This document shows, piece after piece, positions 32,201 through 40,238 of a stretch of 64,000 nucleotides of DNA. This stretch comes from Carpediemonas membranifera BICM (lineage: Eukaryota; Protista; Fornicata), in NCBI GenBank assembly GCA_019828565.1, contig JAHDYR010000053.1, positions 1-64,000 on the forward strand, read 5' to 3'. A model generated the notes under the pieces. It was given only the letters and a program-made list of their open reading frames with translations. It had not been told where the DNA came from and did not search any database. Position 1 is the stretch's first letter; every line of letters begins with the position of its first letter. A program made the translations under genes and the position numbers.

Positions 32201-32733
32201 GACGTGCGCTGCTGCGCTCGGCTGCGATGACAGCTGGCTACCAGGGGCGTGGACCTCTTCGACAGATGGAAGGAGACTGGCAGGGTCGTTGTTGCCCATC
32301 ACGTTTCTCCTGATCTCTCGGAAGAATTCGGCCGCCACCGACGGAGCTGTTTTGGCAGAACGCAGCGGTGTTGCTTTGGGAGTACTGCTAAGAGTAACAC
32401 CCGCCGCGTCTAAGAGCCGCTTGAAGGAATCTACGATGTCCTTCAGTGCTCTCACCGTCAAACGCACAATCTTCTTGTTGTTCACGTCCTTCATCAGCTC
32501 GACGATGGCCGCTTCGGAGCACAGCGTATCAAACACTGTCTCTACATTGCACCAACGTGCGTCAATGAACTCAGCATTGACGAATTTCGCGTAGTCGGTA
32601 CGAACAGTCTGCAGCAGAAGCTGTACGTCCCGAGCAAGCGCGTTTTCGCGCCAATCGGACGTTATGGAAACTCTCATCGCCATCTGGCCTCCAGGATCAG
32701 CCTGGGGCGCAGAAAATGACGACATTTCCATTT
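29300..32733 (-). mobile_element. Site-specific RLE non-LTR retrotransposon, family A copy 1 (full length, intact ORF)
   Basis: Flanked by CGGGAGGGAGCA at 29288-29299 and 32734-32745; single ORF; no poly(A) tail. Confidence 0.93.
29519..32731 (-). CDS. RT + CCHC finger + restriction-like endonuclease (CRE/SLACS-like), family A, ~1070 aa
   Basis: AAPGPSG, IRGVAIGDSLRR, QYGVG, LDLSNAY, GIHQGDPLSPILF, AYQDD, GLRLNKSK (RT); CPLC-x12-HTLCC; RHNAI, SEV, RADILL-x8-IDNVV, SKRAQY (RLE). First ATG inside the element is at 32731. Confidence 0.92.
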   Translation of the reverse strand: MEMSSFSAPQADPGGQMAMRVSITSDWRENALARDVQLLLQTVRTDYAKFVNAEFIDARWCNVETVFDTLCSEAAIVELMKDVNNKKIVRLTVRALKDIVDSFKRLLDAAGVTLSSTPKATPLRSAKTAPSVAAEFFREIRRNVMGNNDPASLLPSVEEVHAPGSQLSSQPSAAAHVTAVGFTASPPTAPPAHPAHRPDVFLPPGQALFLGKIAPPKRGREKFARGLIEKLKRVALVESEDEKRAALRTVLEYPKALYAPPVASKGPKRRPSKWRKVMRLVRHGFVSKAATALVAEDAGLSPQEVDVELKRLQEDYSGLRPDVPFKDVPAEPLQSVEVSARTLKTVLHALKAEAAPGPSGLSFLHIRIAAKVARHDLIAALMPIVQDILNGETYTAVLSHCIIVPVPKGAGKIRGVAIGDSLRRVAAKALAWAVRARLVDVDRTLKDQYGVGEKCGLERLSDSVTRVYEEGGTVVSLDLSNAYGCLSRAFMFDVVRAYMPALMPYLSTMYRQGLLFSTSGGVIRSAEGIHQGDPLSPILFSLGIKPILDVLREAFPGWHLQAYQDDLVATTDRPLQTPGVGREANNLVEIAREKFLEVGLRLNKSKCVVAHRDVTDGNTSGGVPRRRSLNLVGVPVGSAAHAMGELAKVNSRVMQLLNAAGEMVAKEGPEATAPALIIAKYCALTKWEHFFRNVPPATGGVGNGLYEAELGFEKKEAVPAILRILSSEAEVDDDFALRLSMPVERRGLALAMPSVVWAPAFLAATRQLAGLGVTRSPDSVTGAIKCLPPQLNTPSNWPSGLDDVKALDADHTQKNLVRLVEESIATKLSVSAAVSPNVVRSFMMVDPTSLGRSVTDAAVAPIFRNHLGLPAFTPGFDVCPLCRARTVNHQSVVCNATHTLCCPCLRGGLDDERHNAIKDGLVRDLKGYGWRVQSEVWLNKASEWTIDRTKPMKARADILLTKPGVKAIVIDNVVSNHVSQAMTSKRAQYSNWDVKLIPAVTLHNGDVGRVHGRGWTDDLRDELGLKAEQVREMADNAFLACMRGQVHTYAAFIKQCDAAHAAAEDLGLSH

Positions 32734-32745
32734 CGGGAGGGAGCA

Positions 32746-35700
32746 AACTTTTATGTAATCAACGACAAACAGTCTAGCGAGCGGCGAGGCGCAGCCGAGC
32801 TTCGCGAGCCTGAGCGCAGCGAAGCAGTTTGAGGCTATGGGGTGCGTCGGGGTCCTCCGTCGCTCCATCCAGTGAGTCGCTGGCGAGTCAACAAAACCAA
32901 CAAGAACACTCTGAAGCGCTCTGCACGAGCCGATTGCTACACCAATATCAGAATTGAGTAACAATTAGTGGGAGAGGCCCAAATCCTCTGCTGCAGCATG
33001 TGCTGCGTCGCATTGCTTGATGAACGCTGCATATGTGTGCACTTGCCCTCTCATGCACGCCAAGAAAGCGTTATCAGCCATCTCGCGGACCTGCTCAGCC
33101 TTAAGACCAAGTTCATCGCGCAAATCGTCCGTCCAGCCCCTTCCGTGCACTCTTCCAACGTCACCGTTGTGAAGCGTCACCGCGGGTATGAGCTTGACGT
33201 CCCAGTTGGAGTACTGGGCGCGCTTGCTCGTCATGGCCTGAGACACGTGGTTGCTGACGACGTTGTCAATGACGATTGCCTTCACGCCAGGTTTCGTGAG
33301 GAGGATGTCCGCCCGCGCCTTCATAGGCTTGGTCCGGTCAATGGTCCACTCACTGGCCTTGTTCAACCACACCTCGGACTGGACTCTCCAGCCATAACCC
33401 TTCAGGTCTCTCACCAGCCCGTCCTTGATAGCGTTGTGACGCTCGTCGTCCAGGCCTCCACGTAGGCATGGGCAGCACAGGGTGTGAGTAGCGTTGCACA
33501 CAACGGACTGGTGGTTCACGGTGCGTGCCCTGCAGAGAGGGCAGACGTCAAATCCGGGCGTGAATGCGGGGAGGCCCAGGTGATTGCGGAAGATGGGGGC
33601 AACAGCGGCATCGGTTACCGAGCGCCCAAGAGAGGTCGGGTCGACCATCATGAACGACCGAACGACGTTGGGCGAGACGGCGGCACTCACAGAGAGCTTG
33701 GTGGCAATAGATTCCTCAACGAGGCGAACCAAGTTCTTCTGCGTGTGGTCGGCGTCAAGAGCCTTCACATCGTCCAAGCCACTAGGCCAGTTCGACGGCG
33801 TGTTGAGCTGGGGCGGGAGACACTTGATGGCACCCGTCACGCTGTCAGGTGAGCGTGTAACACCCAGCCCTGCCAGTTGTCTCGTGGCCGCGAGGAACGC
33901 GGGAGCCCACACGACTGATGGCATTGCCAGCGCAAGCCCGCGTCTTTCTACCGGCATACTCAGGCGGAGAGCAAAGTCGTCATCGACCTCAGCCTCGCTC
34001 GACAGGATTCGGAGGATGGCCGGGACCGCCTCTTTCTTCTCAAATCCGAGTTCAGCCTCGTAGAGACCGTTGCCGACTCCACCCGTTGCGGGGGGAACGT
34101 TACGGAAGAAGTGCTCCCACTTTGTGAGCGCACAATACTTCGCAATGATCAACGCAGGGGCAGTTGCCTCCGGCCCCTCCTTGGCCACCATCTCTCCGGC
34201 AGCGTTAAGGAGTTGCATCACGCGACTGTTGACCTTGGCCAACTCACCCATCGCATGAGCAGCGGACCCAACCGGAACGCCCACGAGGTTTAGGCTGCGT
34301 CTTCTTGGGACGCCTCCCGAGGTGTTGCCGTCGGTAACGTCTCTGTGCGCCACAACGCACTTCGACTTGTTGAGCCGCAGGCCGACTTCGAGGAACTTCT
34401 CCCTCGCGATCTCGACAAGGTTGTTAGCCTCTCGGCCGACACCGGGCGTCTGCAAAGGCCGATCAGTCGTGGCGACTAGATCGTCTTGGTACGCTTGGAG
34501 GTGCCAACCCGGGAACGCCTCGCGCAGAACGTCCAGAATGGGCTTGATGCCCAGGCTGAACAGAATAGGGGACAGGGGATCTCCTTGATGTATGCCCTCA
34601 GCTGACCTTATCACTCCTCCTGACGTGGAGAATAGGAGCCCTTGGCGATACATCGTAGACAGGTAGGGCATGAGAGCAGGCATGTAAGCGCGTACCACGT
34701 CGAACATGAACGCCCTAGATAGGCATCCATAAGCGTTCGATAAGTCGAGGGAGACAACAGTCCCTCCCTCCTCGTAGACCCTGGTCACGCTGTCACTCAG
34801 CCTCTCCAGGCCGCACTTCTCCCCCACCCCATACTGATCCTTGAGGGTCCGGTCGACGTCGACCAGGCGGGCCCTCACAGCCCAGGCGAGAGCCTTCGCC
34901 GCAACCCGCCGAAGCGAGTCCCCGATGGCCACTCCTCGGATCTTCCCAGCCCCCTTGGGGACCGGGACAATGATGCAGTGGCTCAATACCGCGGTGTAGG
35001 TCTCGCCGTTCAGGATGTCCTGTACGATCGGCATCAATGCGGCGATGAGGTCATGTCTGGCCACCTTCGCTGCTATTCTGATATGGAGGAAGGACAAGCC
35101 CGACGGCCCTGGGGCCGCCTCGGCCTTTAGAGCGTGTAGTACAGTCTTGAGGGTCCTAGCGGACACCTCAACTGACTGCAGTGGCTCTGCGGGGACGTCC
35201 TTAAACGGAACATCTGGGCGCAGGCCACTGTAATCCTCCTGCAGTCTCTTCAGCTCTACATCCACCTCCTGTGGTGACAGGCCCGCATCCTCAGCTACCA
35301 GCGCAGTGGCTGCCTTGGACACGAACCCGTGGCGAACCAGTCGCATCACCTTACGCCACTTGGACGGGCGGCGCTTGGGGCCTTTCGATGCAACCGGCGG
35401 TGCGTACAGCGCCTTCGGGTACTCGAGTACCGTCCTCAGGGCCGCGCGCTTCTCGTCCTCGCTCTCCACGAGGGCCACCCGCTTGAGCTTCTCGATCAGG
35501 CCTCTGGCGAATTTCTCGCGTCCCCTCTTGGGGGGAGCGATCTTGCCAAGGAAGAGAGCCTGTCCCGGTGGTAGGAACACGTCGGGTCGATGGGCTGGGT
35601 GAGCGGGAGGGGGCAGTCGGGGGGCTTGCGGTGAAGCCCACCGCGGTGACGTGCGCTGCTGCGCTCGGCTGCGATGACAGCTGGCTACCAGGGGCGTGGA

Positions 35701-36180
35701 CCTCTTCGACAGATGGAAGGAGACTGGCAGGGTCGTTGTTGCCCATCACGTTTCTCCTGATCTCTCGGAAGAATTCGGCCGCCACCGACGGAGCTGTTTT
35801 GGCAGAACGCAGCGGTGTTGCTTTGGGAGTACTGCTAAGAGTAACACCCGCCGCGTCTAAGAGCCGCTTGAAGGAATCTACGATGTCCTTCAGTGCTCTC
35901 ACCGTCAAACGCACAATCTTCTTGTTGTTCACGTCCTTCATCAGCTCGACGATGGCCGCTTCGGAGCACAGCGTATCAAACACTGTCTCTACATTGCACC
36001 AACGTGCGTCAATGAACTCAGCATTGACGAATTTCGCGTAGTCGGTACGAACAGTCTGCAGCAGAAGCTGTACGTCCCGAGCAAGCGCGTTTTCGCGCCA
36101 ATCGGACGTTATGGAAACTCTCATCGCCATCTGGCCTCCAGGATCAGCCTGGGGCACAGAAAATGACGACATTTCCATTT
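32746..36180 (-). mobile_element. Family A copy 2 (full length; +1 G in a G-run at ~35610 splits the ORF)
   Basis: Near-identical to copy 1; bounded by the 12-mer at 32734-32745 and 36181-36192; ORFs 32965..35580 and 35351..36193. Confidence 0.92.
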
Positions 36181-36192
36181 CGGGAGGGAGCA

Positions 36193-39100
36193 TCGTTTAT
36201 TGCCTTTTGGACGAACTGTATTGCGAGCGGCGAGGCGCAGCCGAGCTTCGCGAGCCTGAGCGCAGCGAAGACGTCACTCTAGTGGTCAGTATGTCGGGTT
36301 TGAGGCACTGCTCGCTCCGAAATCTCCCTTTCGACTCTCCACTCAGTCACAACGAACGCGAACGCGAATAACGCGCAGATCACGCTCAAAGTACAGAAAC
36401 AACATCAGTATTAGTGGTTGAGGCCATTAGCCTCAGCTTGACGGTGCGCAGCATCCGCCTGGCGCATGAACGCATGGAACACATGAACTTGCTGCCGCAT
36501 ACAGGCCATCATGACCGCGTCGGCAATCTGCCCAACAGTTTCGGCATCAAGGCCCAAAACGTCGCGCATCTCATCGGTCCATCCTCTCCCATGCACAGCA
36601 CCAACACCACCACTCTGGCGAACGACCACGGGAATAACCCGGACGTTCCAGTTGGCGTACTGCTCCTTCTTGCTCCGCATAGATGCAGACGCGTGATTGC
36701 TCACCACTACGTCAAGCACAACGGGTTCGGTATGGCCCGGTCTGGTCAAGAGGAGGTCCGCCCGCGCCTTGACCCGTTTGGTCCGGTCCACAGTCCACTC
36801 GCTGCCCCGTCCGAGCCAATGCTCAACTCTTACGCGCCAGGGGTGCCCGCGCAGCAGTTTGGCGAGCGTGTCGCGAATTTGGTCGTGCCGCTCCGATCCC
36901 AGCCCCTCCCTCAGGAAGGGACAGGTAAGAGAATGCTCGGCTGAGCAGGGGACAGACCGGTGGTTAACACTACGGGCCAGGCATAGCGGACAGACGTCGT
37001 GGCCTGTCTCAAAGGCAGGAAGGCCGACATGGTTGCGAAGCATCGGTGCAGCACCCTCGTCACAGGGGTTACGACCCATAGCGGCTGGATCAGCCGCGAG
37101 TAGAGACCTGATCACGTTTGGCGAGTCGACTGAAACAGTCAGTTGGCTGGAAATGTTATCCTGCAGGAGGCGTACCAACTTCTTCTGCGTGCTCTCGAGT
37201 GAGAGCTTTCTGACATCGCCATATGATGTCGGCCAATCCTTGGGCGTCGCGGCGAGAGCCGGGATGCATGGCAGTGCGTCTTGGATGAGAGCCTCGGGCC
37301 TTTCGACCTTCAGCTCTATGAGTTGTCGTGCGGCACCCAGATAGGCTGGGGCCCACACAACAGAGGGCATGGCCAATCCGAGCCCGCCTTGACTGACCGG
37401 CAGACAGAGCCTTGCGGCGAAGTCCTTGTCAGTCTCTGCGCTGGACTGGAGCAGCTTCAGGATGGCGGGGACCACCTTCTGCTGTTCGAAGTCCAGTTGC
37501 GACTCGAACATGTCACCCCCGCCCGGCGAAACATTGCGGAAGAAGTGCTCCCACTTGGTGAGGGCACACAGTTTCGTCACTAGGAGGGCAGGGGCGACGG
37601 CTTCCGCGCCAATGTCAGAGACCATCGATGCAGCAGCGTCAAGCAGCTCCATAACCTTGCGGTTAGCAGAGCCTAGCTCCCGCATGATGTGCGTGGCGGA
37701 GCCGATTGGAACACCAACCAGCTTGGTATCGCGTCTCCGTGGGACGCCACCAGTTGTGTTGCCGTCAACGACATCCTTATGGGCTAGCACGCACTTGGTA
37801 CGGTTGAGGCGGAGGCCAACCTCGTTGAACTTCTGAGCGGCGAGTTCTGTGAGATTGTTGGCCTCACGGCCGACCCCAGGCGACTGTAGCGGGCGGGTAG
37901 TGGTGGCTACAATGTCATCCTGGTAGGCACGGATGCACCACCCAGGGAAAGCCTCGCGCAAGACGTCCAGAATGGGCTTAACGCCTAAGCTGAAAAGAAT
38001 TGGCGAGAGCGGGTCCCCTTGGTGAATGCCTTCAGCCGACCTCATGGTGATGCCGGAGGTAGAGAAAAGTAAGCCCCGTCGGTACATGGTCGACAGGTAT
38101 GGGATGAGCGCCGGCATGTAGGCCGCCACCACCTTCATGGCGAAGGCCCTCGACAAGCATCCATAGGCGTTGGAAAGGTCGAGTGTGAGCACTGTACCGC
38201 CACTTCGGTAGACTGCACTCACCTCCTCTCCCAACCTCTCCAAGCCGCACTTCTCACCTACTCCGAACTGGTCCTTCAGGGCACGATCGACGTCAACCAG
38301 CCGCTTACGGACGGACCAGGCGAGTGCCTTTGCCGCCACACGGCGAATAGAGTCGCCGATCGCGACCCCTCGGACCTTCCCTTCACCTTTCGGCACAGGG
38401 ACGAGAATGCAATGACTGAACACATCAGTGTAAGCTTCTCCGTTCAGGATGTCCTGAACCAGCGGGAGCAGAGCCTGGACTAGTTCGCGCCTTGATGTCT
38501 TGTAGGCGATCTTCAGGTGAAGGAACGATAGCCCGGAGGGCCCCGGGGCCGCCTCAGACTTGAGTGTGTTGAGGATGGTCTTCAGAGTCTTAGAGGAAAC
38601 TTCGACACACTGCAGGGGGTTCTCGGGGACGTCTCGCATGGGGACGTCGGGACAAAGCCCGTTGAACCCAACCTGGAGGTCCCGCAGTTGAGCGTCGATT
38701 TCAGTCGGTGTCAGGTCAGTCTCATTGGCTACCATGGACGTGGCGGCCTTCGAGACAAACCCGTGGCGAATCAGGTTCAGCGTCCGACGCCACTTGCTCG
38801 CGCTAGCGCGTCGTCCGCCTCGGTCCGACGGCGGTGCGTACAGCGTCTTGGGGTAGTCTACAACCTTAAGAGCCTCAGCCCGCTTGGCGTCGTCACCTGT
38901 CGCGTTGTTCACCTCCCTCAATCGTTCAATAAGGCCTCGTGTGAACTTCTCGCGCCCGCGCTTGGGCGGAGCGATCTTTCCGAGGAACAAGGCCTGACCC
39001 GGGGGAAGGAAGACATCGGGTCGATGAGCAGGGGTAGTGGGAGGTGCTGATGGCGGGGTTAGGGGGAAACCAACCGCCGAAACGTGAGCTGCCGTGTCTG

Positions 39101-39635
39101 CCTGGACCTCTTCGTCAACAGGCTGCGATGACAGACCCTCGTCGTCCGTCGCGATCTCTACTGCAGAGGGAGGGACATTTGCAGCGGTCTCTGGACGCAT
39201 AGCGTTGTCTCGTATCGTGCAGGCGATAATCGCAATGGACTTGGGGGCTGTGTTTGCAGAACGCAACGAAGTTGCCGTTGGCAGCGCCTGTGTGGTGATG
39301 CTGTGGGCCTTAAGGAGGTCCTTGAAGCTGTCAGCAATCGCCTTCAGGGCTTTCACGGTAAAGCGTACGATGTGTTTGTTCTGGACGTCGCGCATGAGCT
39401 CGACAACCGCAGTTTCAGAGCACAATGTGTTGAACACCGTGTCCGTATCACACCACAGTCTGTCAATTAGGCTTATGTCGACGAACTTCGCGTAGGTGCT
39501 ATGAACTTCGGTAAGAAGAGCACGAACATCCTCGGCGAAGACGCTTTCGCGCCATACGAGTCTCGTACGTCGTCGAGTCACCATCTGGCCTCCAGGATCA
39601 GCCTGGGGCGCAGAAAATGACGACATTTCCATTTT
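36193..39635 (-). mobile_element. Site-specific RLE non-LTR retrotransposon, family B copy 1 (full length, intact ORF)
   Basis: Bounded by the 12-mer at 36181-36192 and 39636-39647; colinear with A but clearly diverged. Confidence 0.93.
36411..39632 (-). CDS. RT + CCHC finger + RLE, family B, ~1073 aa
   Basis: Same motif set as A (GIHQGDPLSPILF, AYQDD, CPLC-x12-HSLTC, RHDQI, RADLLL, LDVVV, SKKEQY). In-element ATG at 39632. Confidence 0.92.
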   Translation of the reverse strand: MEMSSFSAPQADPGGQMVTRRRTRLVWRESVFAEDVRALLTEVHSTYAKFVDISLIDRLWCDTDTVFNTLCSETAVVELMRDVQNKHIVRFTVKALKAIADSFKDLLKAHSITTQALPTATSLRSANTAPKSIAIIACTIRDNAMRPETAANVPPSAVEIATDDEGLSSQPVDEEVQADTAAHVSAVGFPLTPPSAPPTTPAHRPDVFLPPGQALFLGKIAPPKRGREKFTRGLIERLREVNNATGDDAKRAEALKVVDYPKTLYAPPSDRGGRRASASKWRRTLNLIRHGFVSKAATSMVANETDLTPTEIDAQLRDLQVGFNGLCPDVPMRDVPENPLQCVEVSSKTLKTILNTLKSEAAPGPSGLSFLHLKIAYKTSRRELVQALLPLVQDILNGEAYTDVFSHCILVPVPKGEGKVRGVAIGDSIRRVAAKALAWSVRKRLVDVDRALKDQFGVGEKCGLERLGEEVSAVYRSGGTVLTLDLSNAYGCLSRAFAMKVVAAYMPALIPYLSTMYRRGLLFSTSGITMRSAEGIHQGDPLSPILFSLGVKPILDVLREAFPGWCIRAYQDDIVATTTRPLQSPGVGREANNLTELAAQKFNEVGLRLNRTKCVLAHKDVVDGNTTGGVPRRRDTKLVGVPIGSATHIMRELGSANRKVMELLDAAASMVSDIGAEAVAPALLVTKLCALTKWEHFFRNVSPGGGDMFESQLDFEQQKVVPAILKLLQSSAETDKDFAARLCLPVSQGGLGLAMPSVVWAPAYLGAARQLIELKVERPEALIQDALPCIPALAATPKDWPTSYGDVRKLSLESTQKKLVRLLQDNISSQLTVSVDSPNVIRSLLAADPAAMGRNPCDEGAAPMLRNHVGLPAFETGHDVCPLCLARSVNHRSVPCSAEHSLTCPFLREGLGSERHDQIRDTLAKLLRGHPWRVRVEHWLGRGSEWTVDRTKRVKARADLLLTRPGHTEPVVLDVVVSNHASASMRSKKEQYANWNVRVIPVVVRQSGGVGAVHGRGWTDEMRDVLGLDAETVGQIADAVMMACMRQQVHVFHAFMRQADAAHRQAEANGLNH

Positions 39636-39647
39636 CGGGAGGGAGCA

Positions 39648-40226
39648 AACTTTTATGTAATCAACGACAAACAGTCTAGCGAGCGGCGAGGCGCAGCCGA
39701 GCTTCGCGAGCCTGAGCGCAGCGAAGCAGTTTGAGGCTATGGGGTGCGTCGGGGTCCTCCGTCGCTCCATCCAGTGAGTCGCTGGCGAGTCAACAAAACC
39801 AACAAGAACACTCTGAAGCGCTCTGCACGAGCCGATTGCTACACCAATATCAGAATTGAGTAACAATTAGTGGGAGAGGCCCAAATCCTCTGCTGCAGCA
39901 TGTGCTGCGTCGCATTGCTTGATGAACGCTGCATATGTGTGCACTTGCCCTCTCATGCACAATCTTCTTGTTGTTCACGTCCTTCATCAGCTCGACGATG
40001 GCCGCTTCGGAGCACAGCGTATCAAACACTGTCTCTACGTTGCACCAACGTGCGTCAATGAACTCAGCATTGACGAATTTCGCGTAGTCGGTACGAACAG
40101 TCTGCAGCAGAAGCTGTACGTCCCGAGCAAGCGCGTTTTCGCGCCAATCGGACGTTATGGAAACTCTCATCGCCATCTGGCCTCCAGGATCAGCCTGGGG
40201 CACAGAAAATGACGACATTTCCATTT
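39648..40226 (-). mobile_element. Family A internally deleted copy (579 bp)
   Basis: Both A ends joined at a GCAC microhomology (39957-39960); bounded by the 12-mer at 39636-39647 and 40227-40238. Confidence 0.92.
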
Positions 40227-40238
40227 CGGGAGGGAGCA

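Noticed and set aside
29519-32731. RT as a group II intron, retron or DGR enzyme
   Set aside because: The C-terminal CCHC + RLE layout and the flanking duplications fit non-LTR retrotransposons; no intron domain V or template/variable repeat pair is visible.
32676-32733. Hammerhead or HDV-like ribozyme at the element 5' end
   Set aside because: No CUGANGA/GAAA core or nested pseudoknot could be drawn; only a bulged hairpin is supported.
35600-35620. Programmed frameshift in A2 (and similar 1-bp shifts at ~48548 and ~59330)
   Set aside because: These are single-base indels in homopolymer runs absent from sister copies; sequencing error or decay is more likely.
39633-39866. N-terminal 78 aa of the 1151-aa ORF, and the MLPPE starts at 32746, 36193 and 40239
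   Set aside because: These read through the neighbouring element's 3' UTR and the 12-bp duplication, so they are junction artefacts.
29288-40238. Recurrent 12-mer and 48-mer as a CRISPR array or integron attC sites
   Set aside because: The intervening sequences are whole RT-RLE elements, there are no cas or intI genes, and the context is eukaryotic.
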